Below, piece after piece: positions 35,745 to 47,768 of a stretch of DNA of 64,000 nucleotides. The DNA is from Botryllus schlosseri. Lineage: Eukaryota. The stretch is taken from NCBI GenBank assembly GCA_051294905.1, contig CM119371.1, positions 4,652,001-4,716,000 of the forward strand, read 5' to 3'. Below the pieces are notes generated by a model, which saw only the letters and a program-made list of their open reading frames with translations, ran no database searches and was not told the DNA's origin. Position 1 is the first letter of the stretch, and every line of letters starts with the position of its first letter. A program made the position numbers and the translations under genes.

Positions 35745-36350
35745 TTTCATCGGACTCACCTGGGTTTTCTGCAAAATATATGGTTTATTCATTTATGGAG
35801 AAGACTGAGAAAATTGTCCACGTCCAATTAGTCCAAAAAACAGAGTGCTCCAGCAGTGTTGCAATGGAAAAAGTTGGTATGGAGCGTGCCTTGGATGTTA
35901 TTATTTGAATCTTTTTTTGCCTTACTAACCATTTCTCAGGACTGAAAAAAAAGTTGGTGTCTCTTGGGTAAGAAGAAAGGTATGGAAGACTTGCTACTAT
36001 GGACAAGAAGCATCACTAATCACTTGTGGTGGTGCTGTCAGCAGTGTAAGTCTACATATCAACTATGTCTGACATCACATATTAGGAACTTTTTATATAA
36101 CAATATGCAATTGCAGGTGCTAAAAAGAAGATGGATATCTCTTCTGCATCACATCACCGGCGAACATGAGTGGACAGTTGACGGGGAGACATATTCCTGC
36201 AGCTATGGCACTTTGACTGGGGATAAGAGCCTAAGAACTAGATGGTCGCAATGTGGATCTCCTAGTTTCAAAGCATTGAAATCTTTGATAGAAAACAAAA
36301 GTTTGATCCGGGATTTGGAGCAGATGACTCATCACATCTGCACACCAGTT
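35745..36350 (+). pseudogene. Kolobok transposase fragments
   Basis: DSPGFSAKYMVYSFM..IVHVQLVQKTECSSSVAMEKVG; WTRSITNHLWWCC; RWISLLHHITGEHEW; GSPSFKALKSLI..DLEQMT. Probable intron 36046-36116 (GTAAGT..TTGCAG). Confidence 0.8.
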
Positions 36351-36676
36351 ATTCCCCTTGCGAGGAATTACTTTCAAAACGTCGTTCTAGAACGTGACTG
36401 AGATACAATACATTTCTATCGTACATCTTCGAGTTGTATGGCATGTGCAGTGCTGCGTAGCTTACTAGCACAATTTCATTCTTCCACTGCCTGACTGCCC
36501 CGTTGTAATACCCTGCCTATATAGTCCTCAGATGTTTCTATTATTATTTATTAAAAATTGTGCTGAAATACCGAGTAAGCAAAGTAGTGATGTATCAGGC
36601 ACAGCAGCCATTGGTGGAATATAGAATGCAAACAGCAACTGAACAGATTTCGACTTGAGAGCCGCAGTGTTATCAA

Positions 36677-36860
36677 TCACAGTTCGTTTTCTATCGGCCA
36701 TTTGAAGCCGACATACAGTCCATCATCACTCGGGTACTTTTGCTTTGTAGCAGTCACAATGCAGGCTGGCAAGGGCATTCTGTTTTTGCTACCCAAAACG
36801 TCGCCATCAAATAATCCATTCCAGTAGCCTATGTGTCGATAAGACACCAAGCGATATTGT
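36677..36860 (-). pseudogene. KolX accessory protein C-terminal exon (P2X7-ballast/nanor-like domain)
   Basis: QYRLVSYRHIGYW..LGSKNRMPLPACIVTATKQKYPSDDGLYVGFK; acceptor ttgcAG at 36861-36863; tail-to-tail with the transposase. Confidence 0.75.
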
Positions 36861-37401
36861 CTGCAATTGGAAAATATCAAAGTACATTGCAGCACGAATA
36901 GCAGCATACATATGACGGAGAGTATAATGCTCCCAATTTATAAAGTGTAGGCATTTATATAAAAGCATGCGAGAAAAGGTGAAGAATGCAGGAAATTGCC
37001 GTTTAAATCCAGGACTATAGAGTCATGACAAGCTCCAGACACAAATCCTCCTGATTTAACACCGCACGTTGAGCGCCGCCTTGGTGTGCAAGACATGATT
37101 CCTTCATAACATCGACTGACAACTATCTTAAGTTCGTCCTCTGCGTGACTGCCTAATCGCGTCGGGCAAGTGCGACAATGAAGTCATCGTGCCATGTAAC
37201 GGGTTAAGAAATTACCCGGAGCCGCGACAGCTGCAGCCGGGTGCGTTTCTGGAAATTTCAATAAATTGCAGCTCCATTACGGTGGCGTTTTGAAGAAAAC
37301 GGCTGCGGCCAAATTTTTTTTTTCGTTTTGCCCTTCAATTTGAGACCACATCATTTTTTGAGCGCAGTGCCCCTTTAAATAGTATATTCATATTGAAATG
37401 A

Positions 37402-37435
37402 ACCCGAATATTTTCGGCTGACACTCGTCAGGGGT
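37402..37435 (-). ncRNA. Minimal type-I hammerhead ribozyme motif in Penelope-like pLTR
   Basis: Minus strand accc-CTGACGA-g(tgtcagc)c-GAAA-atat-TC-gggt: conserved CUGANGA and GAAA core, UH cleavage site, 4-bp stem I, 1-bp stem III with palindromic AUAU loop. Stem II is weak. Confidence 0.68.
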
Positions 37436-39199
37436 AATCGTCAGCAACTAGTAGAGAATTGGAAAGAACATTGTATATCAACAATCGTATCACAAAATAG
37501 GACGTCACCAGCATGAAATTTCGAATGAGAGAGCGTTCAATGTACTATTTTTAGGTGATACACGAACTCCTTTTGTTGACAGAGTTTTGGTTGGTGTATT
37601 TCAATATGAATATACTATTTAATTGTATATTGAAGTTCTGTACCTCCAAGAAGCTCTTGAAGACTGTCAGTGAAATTGTCATTTTTGTGACTTAACTCGT
37701 GACTTATTACTGAGAATTTTCTTAATGGCCAACACAAATTGAGTGTAAAATAGCAGTGACTCGAAATGACTTTTGACTTGAACCCAACGCTATGCCGACA
37801 ACTGATAGCAGGACCAAATATCAACATTTTGCCATAGGCCTACCCACACAAATTACAAAATAAACAAGCAAAATATGGCAGCGTACTGGTACGATAACAT
37901 GACAAACTGTCTCTCAAAATACAAAATCAGATTGTACCGTGCATTGTATTCCAAAGGTCTTAAGATATCACTGCTGGAAAACATCACGCGGAATCGGCTG
38001 ATTGCATCAAAAGTACATCAGGCCAGCATAAACCATAAGTCGCTGTTATTTTATAATGGTGATCATTTTAAATCTACAGAATGTGCCACACTTGTACAAA
38101 CTACCATTCTGGTTAGTTGACGGTAAACTGATTTCTGTTTTAGGCAGTTCTTATTCCAGCTCTAGTTGCGGCATTTCAAAAGTGAGTAGTTCTAGTTGCG
38201 AATTTTGAAAAGCCAGTAAACAGACAGATGGCAATTTATTACTTATCACAAATAAACCAATATGAATGAAGATGATGATATTACCTGTAAAGACCATATT
38301 AATCATCTGAAACATAACAGTGTATAGAGTGACACAGTGCGCTCATGTTACCGCAATAGAAGAAACACAAATAAATAACGAAACAGCAGTCGTGTCAACG
38401 TGCTAGTCATAGCGATATAAGGTTGACATCACTAATCAGAGGCAAAAGCATGGAACACTGTACCAGACTAGAATTAAGATATTCAAGATATGGTATTTTT
38501 AATTCATGCCCAGCCAGAACTTTGATAACATCAGCCCATCAGGAACAATAATCCCAATTTTTGATCCCATATAGCATATTCAATAGACTGTTGAATCAAT
38601 CTAGAGTTAATGCAGTGTACCGTACATAAAAGCTGACTAGATTACATTCTTGTGATGCAGTGGAATAACAGGCACAGTATCAGATTGTCTTGGTACACGA
38701 CTGAAAAACACTGTATCACAATGCAAAACGAACCACAACAAGCTATCAAGATCAGCCTGACTACTATTGATTGACAATTTCCCATTTGCGCTTCGTGAAT
38801 GGGTGTGATGGAGGTGTGTCTGTGCCGGCCAGTCAATTAGAAAAACGGCGCTTTCGGAAGCTTTACAACCGCGTCTTGCTTCTTGCTCGCTCCATTGTTC
38901 AGTTGTGGCATTATTAGCTAAGCTTTGGACTGTAGCACAGATGTTGTGGGAAGTTGTCAGTCAGTACTGTAGTCAGGCTCATTCAGATGATTTAGTATGT
39001 GGTGGATTATACATTGGGATAATAGTGCTTTCCAGACATGTACAAATTACCTGAGCACTGGATTTTGAAAATACGCCACTTAACGTGGAACTAGAATTAC
39101 TGACTCTCGATTAGAACTAGACTTTCTTCAGTAAAATCCGTAATCAGTTGACCGTCAACTAACTAGAATTGTAATTCCTGCAATCTACAAGTCTGGAGC

Positions 39200-40172
39200 T
39201 TTCTATAAAATTCAAGTGATCCTGATTTCAGAAGCTCGCCAATCATAGTTTCACTGTGGACAATGGACATCAATCATAAACAAATCTCCCTATGTGACTC
39301 AGAAAAATATCTCGGCGCCAAAATATCCTGGAGCAGCATATTGAATGTACAATATCAAAACTAGCTCGGTGTGTGGGAATAATGACCAGTCTGGAATGTT
39401 TGGTTTCCAGATCAGTACTACGAACCATCTATTTCTCCCTTTTCCGCTCTCACCTGCAATATGGAATCGTAGTATGGGGAAATGCATGCACAACCCTGCA
39501 AAACCGTGCGATACGGCTGATCTCATCTGTACCTTTACGTACCAAACTATCGCCTTACTACCGTAAGCACCGAATTTTGCAAGTTGACAAACTATATCGC
39601 TTCGAAGTATCAAAAGTCATTCACAAATATTTTTCCAATAGTTTGCCTCCTGTGTTTGATGACTTTTTCATACCTGCCAAAAATGTCCACTCCCACTACA
39701 CGAGATCCTCGTCTAAAGGAAATATATACTTTCCCCCACCCAATAGCAACCTAACTAAGAGATCTATCGACTACTCGGGACCAATCATATGGAATGCATT
39801 ACCACCACGTATCCGTGAATTGCCTTATAATAGATTCAAAAAAGCCCAACTTGATCACCTCTTGTCGTTACACTAACACTGCTACCCTACCTCGCCCAGA
39901 CATTGCTTCATTGATCATTTGCTACCATCGTTTAATTTTTCTTCTATTTTTATTTTTTAACTACTGTAACCTTATTTACAGCCAGACTGTTCTGAGTCAA
40001 GTGTACCTGTTTGATGCTGGTGTGATCAGACTAGATGATCTTGACGGTCTTATCGATCATTCCTATCTAATACCGAATACTGTGCATGCATATTTTCTGT
40101 ACCACCATCACTGCCGTTTGTTATGTATTTTGGTTGGATAAAATAAAGACTCTCCCTCTCTCTCTTTCTCTC
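39200..40172 (+). mobile_element. 5'-truncated LINE (CR1/L2-group-like ORF2 C-terminus + 3' UTR)
   Basis: IYFSLFRSHLQYGIVVWG..LQNRAIR..HSHYTRS..SIDYSGPIIWNALP; ends in aataaa followed by a (CT)n tail at ~40150-40172. Confidence 0.85.
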
Positions 40173-42348
40173 GCCTATCAAACAGACGTATGGCTTACGG
40201 AGGCCTCACCCAGATGTACTTTTGCTTGAACCTGCCTATTTTTGGTGTTAATCATATTCCGACATTGTCATCTTTATCATTTAATAAAATACATCACAAA
40301 TTCGCGATATGCTGAAAAGATATGAGGATGGCGAAACTACTAGGAGCAATATTTCAGTCAGACACCCACCTCGGCCTTTATCATGTAAATAAATGGCATG
40401 TACAATGAATTTTGGAAAGGATATCCAGTGATACCTTCAAAATATCATGTTAGATAGAACCTGATATTGTGTTCTGACGGACAGTTTGTATATTCTCGTA
40501 CTTATAGCATATTTGCTGTCATCCTTTGTAGCCAGTGTTGGGATGGAATCAATGCCTTCAAGTTCTTTCCTATCCACACCTACATGATCATCTGTCCAAC
40601 ATCAATCAGTGCTCCCCGCGAATTAGTCGAAAGATATGGTAGTCATAATTGGTTTAGAGTAGTATTGGAAAACCAGAAAACTTTCATGTTTAATAAATTA
40701 GAGTAGAATCATAGGGAAACAAGATTGATGTTGGTCATGTTGTTGTGGACATGAAAGTAGACAGGACCTTTGGTTATCAACCGCCTATCCGTGGCAACTT
40801 TCCTGGCGTTTAGGGTTCTATAGCCCAGTTTTAAATGTCGAAAGTCGCACGCTTCTGCATTACGGCAATTACAAAAATGAGTTACATAATTTTATATTGA
40901 TTTTTAAATTTGGGGCGTAGCCTATCTTTCTGCACCATGTCGTAAAATGAGTTCATGATCTAGTTTTGACTTAGCATACGTCAAAATGCTGCAGATTTTG
41001 CACAAAACTGTTTAAAACTACCGGTAGACTACAACTCGTATCAGACCAGTCATATGTGAAGGCTAGGAAGACTTTTCAAACATACTTTGGTAAATATCAA
41101 AATTACAATTTAGCAATATGCAGTATTATGAAATCTACCAGACAGCAAATGTCGAATTTCTTTTAAACGAAACGTCATAATCAAAATCTACTTAGACTTT
41201 TTAACAGAACAATTCGCACTTCGCCCTACATAACGTTCAATAGAACCACATATAACAGGTCTAATATCAGAGGTAGCATAATATGAAATTTCAAGTATTT
41301 ACTTTTGAGTTACATACATTGGTCGTTGTGTCATTTGTGGTTAATTTTGATATTTGAAGGTTGATTGGTCCACGACATTTGTTATAAAGTTTGGCCTGAC
41401 CAAAAGGTCAAAAGGTTTAGAGCCACTGCACTAGACACCAAATTTTTACTCTAATGTCATTAAAGGTAACTATTTTTCAGCTCAAGTCACGAGGGAAGTT
41501 GTTTAAAAAAATTTAGATTTCCAATCAGAATCAAATCATCAAATTTAATCAGCCAGTATTTGTTTGATATAATGTGTGGATGTATATGTATAAATCTGTA
41601 TTGGGTATAACTCAAGTGCTCTATTTTCGCTAGCAATAATTATCATGCCAGTTTAGGGTATTATCCGTTTTATCGGTAATGTTACTGCATGCTGGTGGTA
41701 AAACCATATAAAAAACGTAAAAAAAGTGAAATCCAGTAAATAAAGGATTGACATTAATCACAACGCTTTGCAAAGTAGAATAGGCCATTTCATGACTTGA
41801 AATTTGACTCGAACATTCGCTTCCGAGTCCTGAGCTCGTTGGGCGAAGTTCAGTATTTGAGTATCACTCATTATTTTGTCATTTCAGTATGAATGACGAT
41901 AAAATTCAAAATATGTATCCGTTTTGCGAACACAAAGAATACACCTCCAGTTCCACGTCACGTTCAAGATAATTATGGCATATTGCAGACCATGCCTATT
42001 TCATTGCCCTTTGTGACAAAGCTGCAGGTGACTCACGACTTCACAGATATGTCATTTCCACAAACGTGCGTAGCTTTGTACTGCACGTTTCGTACGACGC
42101 GATCGATCAATGTAGGTTTCGCAGCTCCCACTGTAGATATGTATCGAAACTATAATCTCGGTTGATAAATTACCTAGTAGTGCCAAAGACTGGCAAAGAT
42201 TTTAGTACAGTACTCAAAAGAATCATCCCTATCGTTGTACCCAGCCATAATCGCAAGTAATGAAGTTCAAAGTGAGTTTGAAATCCCTTTAAAATTGATA
42301 TTAGACTTTGTCCATCTCAAAAAATCGATATGTCTATTTACTAAAAAC

Positions 42349-43643
42349 CAGAGGTGGTCAAAGTAGTCAAGAAATCTACTCAAGTAGAAGTAGAAGTAGC
42401 GACGAAAAAAATCTACTCAAGTACGAGTAGAAGTACTTCTTCCATAAGCAACCTAAAACTACTTGATGTAGAAGTAGAATTTGCTGACTTTAAAAGTACT
42501 CAAGTAAGTAAGTAGTTATGAAAACGATCCTAATTCGTTCACGATCACATGGATTATAAAAAAGTGCAAATTGAGCTATGCGATAGGTGACGAGCTTGAT
42601 TCAAATTGATGCATACCCACAGGTATCCAATTTTCGATAGCATAAGTATTCGTCCACATCACGGGATGAAAATGATAATATAGATATGGAAATGTGATGC
42701 TAATCCTATGTTTTCTCGAACAGCACGTTTTAGAAAATAGCATGGTATGACGCCATTCCCCATATTACAAGGCCCGTAGTTTAGTCGAAGAGCAATACGG
42801 AAAAGTTGTATAGGATACGGTGTAAACACTTTGCGCGATTAATAAACGTAAAAAAATAAAGTGGACCGTAAAAATGCCATATTGTGTAGCTTTATTTCCA
42901 TGAATTAAAGGCATTACTACACTTGCTTTTATACTTCAACATGTATGTTATCCAGACAAAAGAACTGATAATAATTATAACTCAAAGTATATGATACTGG
43001 GAATTGAAAGTGAAATAAAAATACTACTTCTGAAAGCAGAACATGATGTTCATGTTTTTAGTCCAGAAAATTTCAAAGGTAGTATGCTAAATAGTTCCGA
43101 AACTAAAAAAATATCAGAGTCCACTTTTCCAGATTTGGACACGCCATGGACATGCTAGATTACGATATGACAAGTAAATGCTAGATTGCGAAACATCAGT
43201 TTCAAACGTTATGATGAGCCATATATACTGTGATGAATTATTTGATATGGACGAAGGGCGACAATGTGGTGTGAACGAAACAACGCCAACCCTCTACCTA
43301 AATTATATTCACCGATACTTTCGTGAAATCATGCTGGCTACTCCGTACCCAGCACTGCGCGCGAGGCGCGACGAAAATTCTGGGCTTTATAAACTTTTAT
43401 GAAAATTATATGTTGATACTCCGTGAAAACGGCCCCAAAATTCCTCAGGCTATCTTCCTGATTCGAAGATTGAACTACTTCTACTTGACAAACTGAAAAT
43501 AGCGAAAAGTAAGTAAGTAGATCACAAAATATTACGAAGTAGAAGTAGTGAAAATCAGATATACTTGAGTAAGTACCAGAAGTAGAGGACAACTACTTGA
43601 GTACTTCGAAAAAGTAGAAGTACTTCGTTATTGACCACCTCTG
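42349..43643. mobile_element. Non-autonomous hAT-type element with AAGTAG/ACTCAAGTA arrays
   Basis: 13-bp TIR cagaggtggtcaa / ttgaccacctctg; perfect 8-bp TSD CTAAAAAC. Confidence 0.92.
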
Positions 43644-43983
43644 CTAAAAACTACCGATGGTCAGTAACTAGGTATTTCGACTTTTTCTTATTGGACGGTC
43701 TACCCATGGCAGTTTGAATTTCTTCAGTTTGACATTCAGAGCAATGAGCAGGGTTTCCGCTCCTTACTATGCAAATATAACTTTTCGCAGGACCAAGGCC
43801 AGCGTATCTGAGCTCAGTTACGTTACCATACTGGACTCTGATGGAATAGGTTTGCCTAAATCTGTAGGACCCATCTCAGCGCCAAGACGCGGAAATATTT
43901 ACATCTAATTAACTGCGAAAAGTATGCAACGACTTGACCAAATCTACTTTCAACTAACAGCCATGTTTTCTTGACACTAGTTC

Positions 43984-44557
43984 CAGGGTTTTAACCAAGT
44001 CACAAGGCTCCGAGTCACAAGTCAATCTCACTTTTATAGTATTGACTCGAGTCAAGTCGAGTCATTTCAATTCATCACCGAGTCAAGTCCGAGTCCAAGT
44101 CAGCAAACTGAGTGCTGAGTCCGAGTCATGGAATTATGACTCGAGTCCGAGTCCAAGTTATTGTTTTGACTGCTCAGTTTCCAGTTGAAGTCTTGGTAAA
44201 CCCACTTTTTATAACTCTGCTTGGTGATATCGAATGGTTCAGATTTATAATATACCAATTTTCCTCACTTTTAGCAGTTTATTGGCGCATTTTCAAGTAT
44301 CAGTACCAACAGACGAAATCCCAATTGTGTGTTGGCTTCGGAATTACAATGAAATGTCGGTCTTCTAAGTCTCGAGACAATGACTTGGTTCGAGTCATGC
44401 GCAACGACTCGAGTCCAAGTCGAGTCAATACACAGAATGACTCGAGTCGAGTCATTTCCGTATTTTCAATAAATGACTCGAGTCAAGTCGAGTCATCAGA
44501 AAATCGTGACTCGAGTTGGACTCGAGTCGAGTCATGACTCGAGTCATTACAACCCTG
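43984..44557. mobile_element. Non-autonomous hAT-type element with GACTCGAGTC arrays
   Basis: Termini cagggtt..aaccctg; perfect 8-bp TSD ACTAGTTC. Confidence 0.92.
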
Positions 44558-45359
44558 ACTAGTTCAATGCAGGCAGAAACAAAATCATACATTTTAAGCA
44601 GGGATGGTCGAAGTAGTCAGACTTGATATCCGAGTAGAAGTTGAGGTGGCGATGAGAATTTCCATTCAATTGCAAGTAAGAACAGCAAATTGCCAGGCAT
44701 GTCAAAACTATTTCAAGTGGAAGTAGAAAATGATAGTTTGGCAGAATACGTACGTAAGTAATTTCAAGGCTTGACTGTCGGAGACCATCGTAATCGAACT
44801 CAGTTAAAGACGCACTGCCCCTGGCTTTCGATTAAGTCGTATCATTCTCGACGTTGCAATCATACATATGCAAACCGCTTGATTTTCGAGATTTTAAAAC
44901 CAGAATTAAATTTACAACTGTCAATATCCAATAATACACAAAAAACTAACTTACGACTAACTAGATCAGTTCCAAGGTAAATCACCAATATTTATTATAT
45001 AAGATTGGAAATGCCTTTGAAAGAATGGTAGTGGAAGAAGTTTTGACCCCTGAAACAGCCTGCAGATATGCCACTGTTAGTAGTGATTTCTGTTAACCAG
45101 AAGTGGCTGTGAAAACATTGTGCACCAGTATCACGATTCATGTCGAACGACTACAGTGTTTTCATATTTGTTCTGTAGCCAATTTTCTTGATATGCAGCT
45201 AGAACTAAAACTGACTACTAAATTACGATATGCAAGTATTGCAAATGTGATGTTCACATTTTAATGATGCAATTTGTTTAGATTTGTCACACGCTCAATC
45301 ACATAGCAGGTTGTGTAATAAATGAATGCATGTTCTGAACTTGTGATGAGCACATCCAC

Positions 45360-46208
45360 ATGAAGATGAATAATCATCCATGCGATATAGCCAAGAATCC
45401 GTTCTCTCAAAAAGTTTACTGGAAGCCTCACACTTATTCACATGCTGGCATCAAGAATCATAACTGTGATATATGTGGGAAAGCATTCTTTCAGAAGTGC
45501 CACCTCAAGGCGCATATGGATATGCATGCCGGTATCAAAAATCATAAATGTGATATATGTGGGAAAAAATTCACAGAGAAGAGCAACCTCTCGAGACACA
45601 TGGATATGCATGCCGGTAACAAAGATCAGAAATGTGAGATATGTGGGAAAGCATTTACTCAGAAAGGTCAGCTCAAGCGCCATGTAGATATGCATGCTGG
45701 CATCATAAATTATATATGTCATATATGTGGGAAAGCATTCACTCGTAAGGATAGCCGCACGCGTCATATGGACATGCATGCCGGTAACAAAAATCATAAA
45801 TGTGAGATATGTGGGAATACATTTTTGTGGAAATTCCACCTCAAACAACATATCAATATTCATGCTGGTGTTAAAAATCACGAATGTGATATATGTGGGA
45901 GAACATTCATTCAGAAGAGCCAACTGTCGCGTCATATGGATATGCATACTGGTATCAGACACCATAAATGCGATATATGTGGGAAAGCATTTACTCATAA
46001 GGATAGCCGTAATCGTCATATGAATATCCATGCTCCCGTCAAAAACATCACATGCTATATTTGTGGTAAAGCATTCGCTCAGAATGGTAACCTCAAACAA
46101 CATATGAATATCCATGCTGGCGTTGAAAATCATGGATGTGATATATGTGGGAAAGCATTCTTTCGAAAGGATACTCTCAAGATTCATATTAATAGCCATT
46201 CTGGATGA
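45360..46208 (+). CDS. C2H2 zinc-finger protein, 282 aa, 9 canonical fingers + 1 degenerate N-terminal unit
   Basis: Intact ORF of CDICGKAF..H..H repeats with AGIKNH-type linkers; in-frame TGA at 45336-45338 upstream; candidate acceptor tgtttAG at ~45281. Confidence 0.88.
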   Translation: MKMNNHPCDIAKNPFSQKVYWKPHTYSHAGIKNHNCDICGKAFFQKCHLKAHMDMHAGIKNHKCDICGKKFTEKSNLSRHMDMHAGNKDQKCEICGKAFTQKGQLKRHVDMHAGIINYICHICGKAFTRKDSRTRHMDMHAGNKNHKCEICGNTFLWKFHLKQHINIHAGVKNHECDICGRTFIQKSQLSRHMDMHTGIRHHKCDICGKAFTHKDSRNRHMNIHAPVKNITCYICGKAFAQNGNLKQHMNIHAGVENHGCDICGKAFFRKDTLKIHINSHSG

Positions 46209-46962
46209 TGCATGCTTGCACTATGCGTGCGGAATTTTGGCAGAAATGTTCACTCTGTACATTCAACTTCCGTCTGATATACCAAGTTCAGCTCACGATT
46301 TCACGGATATGTCACTTCCACTAGCGACTAGCATGTTTTGCTTCGTACCTCATATTTCCTATGCTTCGATATGACCAATCGCGGTTTAAAGTGTTTCGCA
46401 ACGGAAAATAGTACGAAACTATAATTCCCTTATAATTAACTTTCAGTGGTGAGGATCCCTAGGTTTCACAGCAAAAATCTAATCATATCTCACCACTAAA
46501 CTCAAATCATTAAAATTGAATCTTGAATCATTGTGCCCACCCCTACAAGTAACCAGTTGACAAAAAGGGGTAATCGGCTGCAAATGGAAATATTTTTGAC
46601 ATTATAACGGACACTGTTCAACCTTGTTGAGACGCATTGGTACAATGATAGCTGTGCCATGTCGCGGATACCACATTCTTTTTCTGGTCTCTGAGGTTTT
46701 TTAGAATATTCAACGTATTTTACTGCAAGTCTCGCGCTATCATGTTATATAAGCATACGTGGTGCACATTTGTTACACGGATTTTTATTGAAATTACTTA
46801 TCCCATCAATACACGTGAAAGAGGCATCTGTCGTTGTACATTCGTTGAAGCACTCGGGCCATATGATTAATGCTGACAACCTATAAGCAGTGGTTTTCGC
46901 GACCCAAACTAAGATTTGGAAGAGTCAAATATTAGAAGTGTAATATCCCAACTAAAGAGTTC

Positions 46963-47310
46963 ATGAATAGGTACATAACAGCAGATCCTGACGTGCAGGT
47001 TGAGGCACCCACTGGAAAATCCTCTTTGAAAACAGAGCTGGAGGAACATATTGTTTTAGTAGGAGAACTAGGTGAGTATTACCTCACTCACTTGTCACCT
47101 CCCAATGGAAAAGGTCGTGTTTTGGCAAAAGAAACATATGAGTTTATTTCCGACGCCGAACTCTGCAAAAACCTAGCTGTCGTGGGATCAGACGGTACCG
47201 CTTCAATGACAGGGAGATTCAAAGGCTGCATTCGTGCAATGGAAAAACTTTTACAAAGACCACTTCTATAGGCTATCTGCTTGCTTCATGGTAGTGAGCT
47301 GCCATTGTAC
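46963..47310 (+). pseudogene. hAT-superfamily (hATm-like) transposase fragment
   Basis: EEHIVLVGE..YLTH..VGSDGTASMTG..GCIRAMEKLLQRPLL*AICLLHGSELP (catalytic D plus CxxH motif); a tagggcgg-type right end (ccgcccta) at ~49983-49990. Confidence 0.7.
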
Positions 47311-47768
47311 ATATCCACCTTGAAAGTTGTTGTGTAAAGATCTCGTCATGACTTTCTAGCACAGTGGTTCCCAACCTTTTTCATCTCGTGCCTCCCTTGA
47401 CCGAAATTTAAGCCAAAATTCCCCCCTTAGGATAAATCTGCCCAACGATTAAAAAAGGTCATTTTTACCGAGCAAACACCTGTTGACTGAGAGAATAAGA
47501 CGGGCGGTACCTAGTGATTGTTTCTAGCAGTGTTGTAACAACACTTTGTAGATCTCCAACAACAATGGTCTTGCTCGCAATCAAACAAATTTTGGAACCC
47601 TCGACTCAACAGACCCCCACACTTCCATTTGTGTTTTCGGCTTACCATATGCACCAATCGCTAAACTATGTGTTGTGAAAAATCAGTATGCATGGATTTG
47701 GTGGTCTCGCGATTTTTTTCAAGTTTGCGTATGCATTTGACCAATAATATTGGTACTTTCGTATATAG

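Larger units (their letters stand above)
34138..37374. mobile_element. Kolobok-superfamily DNA transposon (internally decayed)
   Basis: ~300-bp TIRs starting aggggcactgcgc; TTAA TSD (34134-34137, 37375-37378); convergent transposase and KolX relics. Confidence 0.88.
34133..37657 (-). mobile_element. Penelope-like retroelement pLTR insertion, copy 2, interrupted by Kolobok
   Basis: 37379-37597 matches copy 1 (~26770-26990); 37598-37657 is an inverted copy of the pLTR end; 12-bp TSD TGAAGACTGTCA at 34121-34132 and 37658-37669. Confidence 0.82.

Noticed and set aside
44112..44537. 141-aa ORF and similar DSSRV/TRLDS-rich ORFs (47750, 48588, 12852)
   Set aside because: Translations of GACTCGAGTC arrays within MITEs.
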